Assembly: GCA_964609135.1 (NCBI GenBank)
Contig: CAZSQQ010000001.1
Location: 1 to 44,665 of the forward strand
Direction of reading: 5' to 3'
Length of the DNA stretch: 44,665 bases
Source of the DNA: an uncultured Candidatus Saccharibacteria bacterium
Lineage (GTDB): Bacteria; Patescibacteriota; Minisyncoccia; UBA6257; Colwellbacteraceae
The notes beneath the pieces were generated by a model that had not been told where the DNA came from, did not search any database, and saw only the letters and a program-made list of their open reading frames with translations. Position 1 is the stretch's first letter, and the number at the start of each line of letters is the position of its first letter. A program made the position numbers and the translations under genes. Positions 25,912 to 33,823 of the stretch are shown here, one piece after another.

Positions 25912-25943
25912 GAGGGAGGCTCTGTCCCCACAGAGCCTCCCTC
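25912..25943 (+). terminator. 14-bp hairpin ending cassette 3
   Basis: GAGGGAGGCTCTGT-CCCC-ACAGAGCCTCCCTC. Confidence 0.65.
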
Positions 25944-25983
25944 AACGCATTCCCTTAGAGGGACTTTTAAATTCTGGAAATGC

Positions 25984-26044
25984 TTGACTTTTTAGAAAAA
26001 CTGTGCTAACTTTTAATCAGCAGTAAAAGTCTCGCACCTTGACA
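25984..26044 (+). promoter_or_regulatory. sigma70 promoter plus boxA-like element of cassette 4
   Basis: TTGACT (25984-89), 17-nt spacer, TGn-TAACTT (26007-12); GCACCTTGACA (26034-44); SD AAGGAGGTGA. Confidence 0.55.
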
Positions 26045-26068
26045 TAGCATAGGAAGGAGGTGAGTAGC

Positions 26069-26818
26069 ATGGCTACCACCCGCACCGAGCACACTACACA
26101 CGCTCCCGCCGCGATCGTTTTCCCGTGGCAGTTGCCGCGGCTGGCACTCTTCACTCTTACCATCTTCACGATCGTGGCCATTAGTGTGGTCTCGCTCGTG
26201 GTGGTGGCAGTGCTCCCAGTGTTCCCGAAGAGTTCTGGAGACGCATCTGCAGTCGTCGCCGCACCGACACCGACCGCAACCCCCGTGACCACGGCAATCC
26301 CGACTGCGACGCCGGCTCCGACGGCAGTTCCTACTCCGTCGCCGACGCCCACGCCGAGCCCAACACCAGCACCGAGTCCCACTCCCGAGAACCGACCCGG
26401 ACAGGCAGGCACCTGCCTCGTCCTGGAACAGCAATACTGCGGAACTGGCGACACCGTCCTCGGTTTCCTTGCAGGCTTTAAGCTTCCCGCTGGGACACCG
26501 TTGTTCGCACCGTTTGATGGTTATGTCGCAAGCTCTTCTGTGAAATATTCGAAGAGCGGCGACGGATATCGTCAGATGGTCGTCTACGTATCTCCGGACG
26601 GGGATTACCTGCACAAGACGCTTCTCGTAGCTATGTCTCCAGTCGAGCTTACCGTCTCTTCTGGTCCAGTCAAGAAGGGCCAGTTGGTCGGCAGGACCAC
26701 TGGAGCCATCGTTGCAGAAGCCGGTGACTACAACTTCGTTGCCGTCGCTTCAAAGCAGTTCGGCTCTCCGGACACTGGGTTCGTGGATCGCTTCTCCGCA
26801 GAGCTCCTTCGCAAGTAG
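26069..26818 (+). CDS. Membrane-anchored protein with Pro/Thr linker and degenerate M23-peptidase-like domain (GC-rich cassette 4)
   Basis: TM helix, PTPT repeats, GTPLFAPFDGYV and VKKGQLVG (M23-like fold motifs); no HxxxD/HxH zinc ligands. ATG follows the SD; the track start is 26060. Confidence 0.75.
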   Translation: MATTRTEHTTHAPAAIVFPWQLPRLALFTLTIFTIVAISVVSLVVVAVLPVFPKSSGDASAVVAAPTPTATPVTTAIPTATPAPTAVPTPSPTPTPSPTPAPSPTPENRPGQAGTCLVLEQQYCGTGDTVLGFLAGFKLPAGTPLFAPFDGYVASSSVKYSKSGDGYRQMVVYVSPDGDYLHKTLLVAMSPVELTVSSGPVKKGQLVGRTTGAIVAEAGDYNFVAVASKQFGSPDTGFVDRFSAELLRK

Positions 26819-27436
26819 GGCTAAGCCGAAAGGCGAAGCTTTTTCCTCGCGTAACAATCGCGCGAGGAGGCCCCAGCGCGTTTGCTGGGGCCTCTTCATT
26901 TGTGTTATTATGTGTTACAATCATTCAAAAGTGAATCTTTCTGGGATAAGAAAATATTCAATATTTTTTTTGGCGATTTTTATTTTTGGGGTAATCTTCT
27001 TTTTATTAAGAAATCCAATCAGAAGTGAGATTTCAAATCTTTTTGCTAAAAAGCCCGGCACCTGTTTGGTGCTGGAACAGCAATACTGCGGAACTGGCGA
27101 CACCGTCCTCGGTTTCCTTGCAGGCTTTAAGCTTCCCGCTGGGACACCGTTGTTCGCACCGTTTGATGGTTATGTCGCAAGCTCTTCTGTGAAATATTCG
27201 AAGAGCGGCGACGGATATCGTCAGATGGTCGTCTACGTATCTCCGGACGGGGATTACCTGCACAAGACGCTTCTCGTAGCTATGTCTCCAGTCGAGCTTA
27301 CCGTCTCTTCTGGTCCAGTCAAGAAGGGCCAGTTGGTCGGCAGGACCACTGGAGCCATCGTTGCAGAAGCCGGTGACTACAACTTCGTTGCCGTCGCTTC
27401 AAAGCAGTTCGGCTCTCCGGACACTGGGTTCGTGGA
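26423..27436 (+). repeat. 365-bp perfect direct repeat (26423-26787 = 27072-27436)
   Basis: Compared base by base; offset 649 nt; both copies lie in frame inside genes. Confidence 0.95.
26867..26900 (+). terminator. Terminator hairpin of cassette 4
   Basis: GAGGCCCCAGC-GCGTTT-GCTGGGGCCTC followed by TTCATTT. Confidence 0.7.
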
Positions 27437-27464
27437 AAACTTTTTTAAAATGCTACTTAAGTAA
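26931..27464 (+). CDS. AT-rich paralog of the preceding gene (TM anchor plus the same M23-like domain)
   Basis: GTG 26931 lies 9 nt after TACAAT. TM segment YSIFFLAIFIFGVIFFLL. The track's upstream extension runs through the terminator of the previous gene. Confidence 0.75.
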   Translation: MNLSGIRKYSIFFLAIFIFGVIFFLLRNPIRSEISNLFAKKPGTCLVLEQQYCGTGDTVLGFLAGFKLPAGTPLFAPFDGYVASSSVKYSKSGDGYRQMVVYVSPDGDYLHKTLLVAMSPVELTVSSGPVKKGQLVGRTTGAIVAEAGDYNFVAVASKQFGSPDTGFVENFFKMLLK

Positions 27465-27472
27465 AGTATAAG

Positions 27473-29233
27473 ATGAATTATTTATATAAAATAGTAATTA
27501 CCTTTTTCTTTATATTGGCTACTTTCGGTTTTGTTAATCTTGCTAATGCTGATACTTATACATTGCCTCCTAAGAATATAGGTCAGTGTAATACAACCGA
27601 TACGATCTATAATGCCGGGGGATGTTATTCTAATAAAGATTGCGGTTTTTATTATGATACTGGCAATACTATAAAGCCTGATCTATGGTCAAGGTACGAT
27701 GTTGAAGAAATAATTGAATGGACATTTGAACCCAACCCGCTTTTCGATCCAAGGAGTTGGGAATGTGATACTACCAGTCTATGTATTATCACAACCTCCT
27801 ATTCCTTCATAAGACTTTCCAATATTTACTCTACTGCTGATAAATACAATGGCCCACCTTATGGGAACGATGCATCAAAATTAAATTTTGGCTATTGTGA
27901 CGGCAGTGTCGGCAATCCCTACAAGGTTTGTTGTAATGGCAGTCAGCCGGTTCCTGCTTATCAGGTGAACTTAGACCCGTATTCTCCTCCTGAAGGTGGA
28001 TGTGGGAACAACCAAGTCTATAGCAATGATCCAGCCACTGGTTTGCCGGCCGCCGGACCGGGATTAACTTGCCCTCAACCCACAACTTGTCCGGCTGGAC
28101 AGACAGGTACTCCGCCTAATTGTGTAACTCCACCACCGCCCACAACTCCTCGACCAACCACTGGCTGGTGTTCGCCTTGCCTCGGTGGGTTACAAACCTG
28201 CGTAACTTTTAGTGGTCTTGTACCTCAATTTACTACCACATCCTGTGGCGCCCCTCCACCGCCTCCACTTCCACCACCTCCCGCCTCTCCTGCCTCTCCT
28301 TCCTCCGGCCCTGCTATTTTTAAAGATTACCGGTGTCCCACTTCGTGCCAGGGAGGAGGCACCTACTGGCCAGCGGGAACATGCATCGAAAGAGATGAGA
28401 TAGAACTGCCCAACGGATCAGTAAGATTTGTCTGCAGCCAGACATCTGGCATAGAGGGCTGTTACGACCAAAGTAACAATTACTGTGGACCGGTAACCAT
28501 AACCAGCCGCGCCTGTGGGACCAGCCAGTCTCAAGCTTGCAACTCGACCTGGTTTCAGCCGCTAGGCGGCAATAAATGCGGAAACGAAAGATGGGGATGT
28601 TACTCGTCTTCCTACATTCCGGGTTTTGGTTATGCGGCCATTCTACAGAATTGCTCCGCGTCTAACTTTCCCGATTACTGCCACAGCAGTCCCGGCGACG
28701 ATGATACTTGCGGGCCCTGGACAGGTCCTTCTTGCGGCACTCAAACCAGAACTTGTAAGACCACCAATTGCAGCCCTTGCCAGGCTACCCGATACGAAGC
28801 TTGTAATGCTCCAGGCGTGACTGGTCCCGGTGGCGCTGGTGGAGGTGGCGGTGGACCAGCAACGACTCCACCAGCTCCACCGCCTCCACCTCCGCCAATA
28901 TGCAGCGGCGGTCTCTCTGCCAATCCTCAAAATGTCTTTAACCCAGGCGACAAATCAACTTTGAGCTGGTCATGCTCATCGCCATCGAGCTGTCTAATTG
29001 ATAAGAAAGAGGGAACAGGTTCCTTCACTTTCGTCTCTGATGTTTCGAACTCCGGGACTAAAGAGGTCTTCCCGACAACGGGGACTACTTACAGACTCAC
29101 CTGCACCAATGCCGGAGGTCCCAGTTCTTACCAAGCCACCATTCAAGTGATTAAGATTCAATTCCAGGAAGTAAACCCGACATCACTCTTCAAATCAATG
29201 TTCAACTTCTTCGGGTTGGCCGTTGCTTTCTAA
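27473..29233 (+). CDS. Secreted Cys/Pro/Gly-rich surface protein with C-terminal Ig/PKD-like module
   Basis: Signal peptide; dozens of Cys; poly-Pro linkers; TLSWSC...TTYRLTC module; FQEVNP near the C-terminus. Confidence 0.8.
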   Translation: MNYLYKIVITFFFILATFGFVNLANADTYTLPPKNIGQCNTTDTIYNAGGCYSNKDCGFYYDTGNTIKPDLWSRYDVEEIIEWTFEPNPLFDPRSWECDTTSLCIITTSYSFIRLSNIYSTADKYNGPPYGNDASKLNFGYCDGSVGNPYKVCCNGSQPVPAYQVNLDPYSPPEGGCGNNQVYSNDPATGLPAAGPGLTCPQPTTCPAGQTGTPPNCVTPPPPTTPRPTTGWCSPCLGGLQTCVTFSGLVPQFTTTSCGAPPPPPLPPPPASPASPSSGPAIFKDYRCPTSCQGGGTYWPAGTCIERDEIELPNGSVRFVCSQTSGIEGCYDQSNNYCGPVTITSRACGTSQSQACNSTWFQPLGGNKCGNERWGCYSSSYIPGFGYAAILQNCSASNFPDYCHSSPGDDDTCGPWTGPSCGTQTRTCKTTNCSPCQATRYEACNAPGVTGPGGAGGGGGGPATTPPAPPPPPPPICSGGLSANPQNVFNPGDKSTLSWSCSSPSSCLIDKKEGTGSFTFVSDVSNSGTKEVFPTTGTTYRLTCTNAGGPSSYQATIQVIKIQFQEVNPTSLFKSMFNFFGLAVAF

Positions 29234-29241
29234 ACCAGGGC

Positions 29242-29298
29242 TTGAAAAAGTCTTAACTCTGTGGTATAAAAGCTCTGGTTGGTAATTCAGAATAGTAG
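29242..29298 (+). repeat. Duplicate of the rnpB promoter and 5' end
   Basis: GCTCTGGTTGGTAATTCAGA(A)TAGTAG (29272-29298) matches 30570-30595 with a single indel; both copies are preceded by TTGAAA-17-(-10). Confidence 0.8.
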
Positions 29299-29315
29299 TT
29301 TTTCTGGGTTTTGTT

Positions 29316-29882
29316 ATGACGAAATTTAAATGGGGGTGGAAACCCGCACCGACACTTAAAGAGTTAGTTCCTAATCTAAAAAGAAGCGGAGTGATATTGG
29401 ACCTTGGTTGCGGTTGCGGTGGCAATAGCATTTTTCTTGCCAAGCATAATTTCCAGGTAGTAGCCTTAGACCGGAGAAAAGAAGCCATTAATTGTCTTAA
29501 AGGAAGAATTAAGAATCTTAAAATAAGAAGAAAAATTTCTTCCGGGGTTGTAGATTTGAGTATCTCGAGTTGGCCGAAAAAGAAATATGTTCTAATTATT
29601 GCTTTGAATACTTTTCATTTTCTGCCCCCTAAAAGGGCGGTCTTGTTAATAAATCGGATAAAGAATTCTTTAGCTGATGATGGCGTAATATTCCTTAGAC
29701 TCTTCAGCAACAGGAATGCTCATCGCGGAAAAGGCTATCATCCAACACCAACAGCCTTAAAAAATAAATTCTCTAATTTTCAGATTATCCAATTTAGTCA
29801 TTATAAAGTAAAGGACAATCATCCGCCAATTGGACTACACCAGCATTGGGTCCTTGATTTAATAGCCAAGAAGAGTGATTAA
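29316..29882 (+). CDS. Class I SAM-dependent methyltransferase (TehB-like)
   Basis: ILDLGCGCG.NS.FLA....V.ALD and FHFL motifs; C-terminal H.H.H. Confidence 0.85.
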   Translation: MTKFKWGWKPAPTLKELVPNLKRSGVILDLGCGCGGNSIFLAKHNFQVVALDRRKEAINCLKGRIKNLKIRRKISSGVVDLSISSWPKKKYVLIIALNTFHFLPPKRAVLLINRIKNSLADDGVIFLRLFSNRNAHRGKGYHPTPTALKNKFSNFQIIQFSHYKVKDNHPPIGLHQHWVLDLIAKKSD

Positions 29883-29889
29883 AAGTGGA

Positions 29890-29924
29890 GAAGGTCTCGG
29901 CGGCAGTTTACCGCCGAGACCTTC
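29890..29924. terminator. Bidirectional terminator hairpin
   Basis: GAAGGTCTCGGCGG-CAGTTTA-CCGCCGAGACCTTC, 14-bp stem between convergent genes. Confidence 0.75.
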
Positions 29925-29970
29925 CGCTAAGATGGGATTGATGGGGATCTTATGTCCGCTGGACTGCTTG

Positions 29971-30444
29971 TCAGTTCTTGGGGTCTGGGTTCGGTGCGTC
30001 GCTGCAGTAGTTCTCGCAGGTTCCGCCGTCGCAGTCGGCCGCCGAGCGGACCTTCCACCACTTGGAGTTGATGCCACCGAACATCTTTGGCATCACTTCC
30101 AAGGTGTTGGCGTAGCTGTCGTGCATCACCTCGCGGGTCGGCCGGTGGTGGATGTATCCGCCGATCATGCCGCAGAAGCGGAAGTAGTCCGAGGTGAAAA
30201 GCACGAAAGCGTGCCACATGTCATCCAGATGCTTGCTCGGGGCGAAGCTGCGTGAGCGGTTACTGGCGCAGATCGCTAGGAACTTCTTGACCTCATCGAA
30301 CTGCTCTCGAGCATCTGCCTCAGAGATGTCATGCTCCTTGGCGAAACGCTCGATGAGCAATTCCGGTGGCGCGAAACGCATCACCCCTTCGAGGTCAAAG
30401 GGGAGCACAACGCGAGTACCTTGCTCTAGGACAACAACCGTCAT
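29971..30444 (-). CDS. GRDP-like (glycine-rich domain/DUF1399-type) protein with Cys-rich tail (GC-rich cassette 5)
   Basis: E.KKFL..., PS..LD.MWH.F.L.T..Y..FC....IHH.P pattern; SD AGGAGG. Confidence 0.7.
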   Translation of the reverse strand: MTVVVLEQGTRVVLPFDLEGVMRFAPPELLIERFAKEHDISEADAREQFDEVKKFLAICASNRSRSFAPSKHLDDMWHAFVLFTSDYFRFCGMIGGYIHHRPTREVMHDSYANTLEVMPKMFGGINSKWWKVRSAADCDGGTCENYCSDAPNPDPKN

Positions 30445-30573
30445 GTCGATCTCCTCCTAGACTTCAGAAACCCCACAATCCCTAAGGAACTACCATAAAG
30501 ATAGCAAATAAATGATATAAAGCAATCCTTGGCAATATCTTGAAAATACACTAAAGTTGTGATACAATGGCTC

Positions 30574-31064
30574 TGGTTGGTAATTCAGATAGTAGCTCCA
30601 AATCCCGCTTCTTATACGCCAATTTACGACAGCTCTTTTTATTGAAGCAGGACTGGAGAGGAAAGTCCGGACACCCGCCAATTTTGTCCGCCGCAGACGT
30701 TTACAAAATTGAGCGTCCCGAGTTTGTCGAGGGACATCCTTCGACGCTGCTCAGGATGCACGATTTTGCGACACCTGCGGTGGGCAAAATCGGCATTTGT
30801 AGCGGCTAACGGCCGTCGTCCGAAAGGACAGAGGTGCGAACAGTAACGTCCCGAACCGAAAGGTGAGGGAGAGCCCGATCCCAAGCTAGAAGGCTTAGCT
30901 CCGCTATAGGGATAAGAAAGCGGAGATGAAACGGCTAAATCCTTACTGGGTGCAAGGTCGCGCTCCGACCTCGGTCGGAGAGTACCGCTTGACTCCGAGA
31001 GTAATCGAGGAGCTTAGATAAATTACTATCGAGATACAGAATCCGGCTTACGAATTACCAACCA
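30574..31064 (+). ncRNA. rnpB: RNase P RNA
   Basis: GAGGAAAGTCCGGACAC, GGGTGCAAGG and ACAGAATCCGGCTTAC signatures; P1 pairing TGGTTGGTAATTC/GAATTACCAACCA; promoter TTGAAA-17-TACAAT; terminator 31067-31095. Confidence 0.96.
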
Positions 31065-31148
31065 CTAAAAGAATCATCCTTGCGATGGTTCTTTTGGTTT
31101 TACAATTGGCAGGATGCCGACGGTGTTCAGCATCAGATTTACCCATTT

Positions 31149-31814
31149 TTATGCCGCAGCCGGTTCAAGGATTCTTCTTTCTTCTCTTGCAAGAACCTCT
31201 TGATATTGTTTTAAGATAGCCGCCAAATCTGGCCTCAATTTTTTTATCTGATCAAGGCTCATCATTATACTAGAGAGCACACCTGCTAAGTATTTTGGAT
31301 TATTGGGTATGGCGGAGGATGCCTCTTCCGCAACTTTTCTTTTTTCTTCAGCTCTTCCCAGTTTGCCCGAAGTGTTTTCCCATGCATTATTCACGTCAGC
31401 TGCATTCATATGGAAGAAAACAGTGGGAATTTTGTCGCCCTTGTGAGCGCCCAGATCTTCAGCCTCGCCGTCAATCTCGTATATGGGATGTGCCATCCAG
31501 TTTCTAAACTCCCTGTGAAGCCTTTCCCGAACCTCAGGGTTCTGAAGATCGGCGCAGGAAATCTGAATACCTAAGAAAAGCTTATCGCCGGAGGGCGAGT
31601 GAAGTTCAAGGAACCCGTCAATGCCTCGCTTCTGATCAAGTTCCTTGCCTTTATCTCCTAAGTCGCCCTCTGACCACCAGACGTGAGCGACGCTGGGGAC
31701 ATTTCTGTGCAGATATTCGAGCGCCATCGGTTCGCCGCACTCGCGGTAAAAATCGGGACCGAAATTCCTGACTTCGCTTTGCTCTCTCCTAAAAGAATCT
31801 GGAGATTCCTGCAT
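31149..31814 (-). CDS. Hypothetical protein, possible PD-(D/E)xK-like fold
   Basis: Long ORF; LDQKRGIDGFL...LGIQIS pattern. Confidence 0.65.
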   Translation of the reverse strand: MQESPDSFRREQSEVRNFGPDFYRECGEPMALEYLHRNVPSVAHVWWSEGDLGDKGKELDQKRGIDGFLELHSPSGDKLFLGIQISCADLQNPEVRERLHREFRNWMAHPIYEIDGEAEDLGAHKGDKIPTVFFHMNAADVNNAWENTSGKLGRAEEKRKVAEEASSAIPNNPKYLAGVLSSIMMSLDQIKKLRPDLAAILKQYQEVLAREERRILEPAAA

Positions 31815-31829
31815 TATTTAACATTGTAG

Positions 31830-32426
31830 TTACTTATCCGCGATTAGTCCACCCGTATAATCACCAGTAAAAACTTCCTCGCCTTTGTAGAGAACTCGGT
31901 CGGTGCCCCTGAAACGAGCGACGTTTCCTTCGACACTGTTCCTATATTCAAAGTCGTCCTTCCTGTAATTATCGGGGCCTCTCATAGGCTTTTGCAGCTG
32001 AATCTTTGTCAGCGCTTCCTTAAGGAAAACAATGGTTTTGCCGGTGAACTCCAGGCTGCCCTCATATTTATCGGCCATCCGTCCTTGATAGGACATAACC
32101 CAGAAAGGTTTTTCACGAAATCTTACTACTTCCTGGCCGGCCAGTTTATAGAATCCAGTCTGACTGTCGCGATAATTAAAGTCACCCTGAATAAATTCGA
32201 ACTCCCGGAATCCAGGTCTCTGCGGAATGGCTTCCTTCATGGCGGGGAGATTATTTTGAATTTTCGCAACCACCAAAAACTTCGTCAATCTTTGGACATC
32301 GGTTTCGTGAGGAACAGGCTCCGTAAACAGAGAAAAAATCTTCCAAAGAAAAACCGCCCAGATAATTACGAGCGGGATTACTCCCCATTCTTTCTTGTTG
32401 TCAACCTTTGGTGCTGGAGCGGGCAT
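31830..32426 (-). CDS. DUF5680-like protein with N-terminal TM
   Basis: GQEVV.F..KPFW.MSY.G, FLKEAL, P.RGP and F.G....LYKG..VF...Y.GGLI pattern. Confidence 0.75.
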   Translation of the reverse strand: MPAPAPKVDNKKEWGVIPLVIIWAVFLWKIFSLFTEPVPHETDVQRLTKFLVVAKIQNNLPAMKEAIPQRPGFREFEFIQGDFNYRDSQTGFYKLAGQEVVRFREKPFWVMSYQGRMADKYEGSLEFTGKTIVFLKEALTKIQLQKPMRGPDNYRKDDFEYRNSVEGNVARFRGTDRVLYKGEEVFTGDYTGGLIADK

Positions 32427-32436
32427 AAATTTGCTG

Positions 32437-32510
32437 TGGCTGCCGGGCAGGGACTCGAACCCCGGTTTTCGCTTCCAGAGAGCGACGTGCTACCACTACA
32501 CTACCCGGCA
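32437..32510 (-). tRNA. trnQ: tRNA-Gln (anticodon CTG), CCA encoded
   Basis: Cloverleaf TGCCGGG/CCCGGCA, anticodon arm TCGCT-CTCTGGA-AGCGA, TTCGAGT T-loop, 74 nt. Confidence 0.96.
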
Positions 32511-32512
32511 AT

Positions 32513-33349
32513 CTATGTTAACAAAACAGGCTTTTTGCCTGCCTCCTGAATTTTAGTTAATTTCAGCCGATTATCAACTATTTTCGTCTCCAAGATTTTT
32601 GTCCTTATCCCGTCTCTATCCGTCCACACGCCTGGTTCGGGATTTAGTGCTCTCACCTTGCGGTCAATCTCCAAGGCTTTCTCATAATCGCCATTCAAGG
32701 CCTTTTCTAAATCATTCGGCTCAATATAGGCGTCTTGAATTTCAAATTTCTTCGTGTAAGTGGCTTCGTTATCATTCTGCGGCTTTGCCTCAACCCCGCC
32801 TTCGGCCAATTGCGGCAAAGTCGTGACAAGCAAATCGCCGGCAAGAAGGGCCAGTTTTTCCTCCAAGACTTCATAATTATCATTGCTAATCTCTATTTTC
32901 CATTGGGAAAGGACGGGGCCATTGTCAATTTTCTTATTCAATAGAAACAAGGATACGCCCGTTTCTTTTTCACCAGACAAGATTGCCGACTGGATAGGGG
33001 ATGGGCCTCTGAATTTGGGCAAGAGGGAGGGATGGACTCCGATAACCCCAAGTTTCGGCATTTTCAGCAAACTTTCGGGCAGTATTTTCGCGTAAGCGGC
33101 GACAACATAAAAATCGGCATTGATTCCCTTCAGCTTGTTTAGAAACTCATCGTCAATCTTTTCGGGCTGGAGAACTTCTATATCGGATTCTCCGGCTAAA
33201 ACCTTAACCGGCGGGGGAGTGATAACTTGCTTTCTACCGAACGGCCTATCCGGCGAACAAACTACGGCTCTGGGAATGAGCCCGGCTTTAATTAGTTTCC
33301 CTAAAGTTATTGAGGCGAACCTCGGAGTTCCAAAAAAAATGTAATTCAT
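32513..33349 (-). CDS. fmt: Methionyl-tRNA formyltransferase
   Basis: FFGTP.FA, VAAYAKILP and GVHPSLLPKFRGPSPIQ motifs. Confidence 0.95.
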   Translation of the reverse strand: MNYIFFGTPRFASITLGKLIKAGLIPRAVVCSPDRPFGRKQVITPPPVKVLAGESDIEVLQPEKIDDEFLNKLKGINADFYVVAAYAKILPESLLKMPKLGVIGVHPSLLPKFRGPSPIQSAILSGEKETGVSLFLLNKKIDNGPVLSQWKIEISNDNYEVLEEKLALLAGDLLVTTLPQLAEGGVEAKPQNDNEATYTKKFEIQDAYIEPNDLEKALNGDYEKALEIDRKVRALNPEPGVWTDRDGIRTKILETKIVDNRLKLTKIQEAGKKPVLLT

Positions 33350-33358
33350 AATAATTTA

Positions 33359-33823
33359 TCATTTTTCCCTTTTTACTCTGTCGATAAATAACTTGCCGTT
33401 CAGATGGTCCACTTCGTGCTGAAAGACTCTCGCCAGCACTCCCCAGGCCTTGATCTTAATCTTCCTGCCGTTACGGTCATAACCCTCCAGAGTAACTTTC
33501 TCGGGACGTAAGACGTCTCCTGCAACATTGGGAACGCTTAAACATCCCTCTTCGGCGCTTATCGCTTCCTTTGAGTATTTTGTTATCTTGGGATTAAAGA
33601 CAGCGTAGAATTTTCTCTCCACCCTCGCAACAAAAATCCGGAAATCAAATCCAATCTGATTAGCGGCGAGACCGATACCGCTCTCCTCGACCATGGCGCG
33701 ATTCATCATCTTTATCAGTTCTTGAATATCCTTTTTCCTGAACTTTTCGAAATCAAAGGTTTTGGCTTTGCCTCTCAAGAACTTTTCTTCCTTCTTATTT
33801 TGAACCGTTAAAATCTTTACCAT
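33359..33823 (-). CDS. def: Peptide deformylase
   Basis: GIGLAANQIG, EGCLSVP and QHEVDHL motifs. Confidence 0.97.
   Translation of the reverse strand: MVKILTVQNKKEEKFLRGKAKTFDFEKFRKKDIQELIKMMNRAMVEESGIGLAANQIGFDFRIFVARVERKFYAVFNPKITKYSKEAISAEEGCLSVPNVAGDVLRPEKVTLEGYDRNGRKIKIKAWGVLARVFQHEVDHLNGKLFIDRVKREK

Noticed and set aside
25692-25958. 88-aa ORF in the track
   Set aside because: It starts inside the -10 region and reads through hairpins; the alternative frame gives a coherent TM peptide with an SD.
26712-26930. N-terminal extension of the second M23-like paralog
   Set aside because: It overlaps the preceding gene and its terminator; GTG 26931 after TACAAT is more plausible.
26423-27436. 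365-bp repeat as an IS, CRISPR or DGR TR/VR pair
   Set aside because: No terminal inverted repeats or transposase, no spacers, and no adenine-specific mismatches (the copies are identical).
30567-30884. ORFs overlapping rnpB
   Set aside because: The region is fully explained by RNase P RNA.
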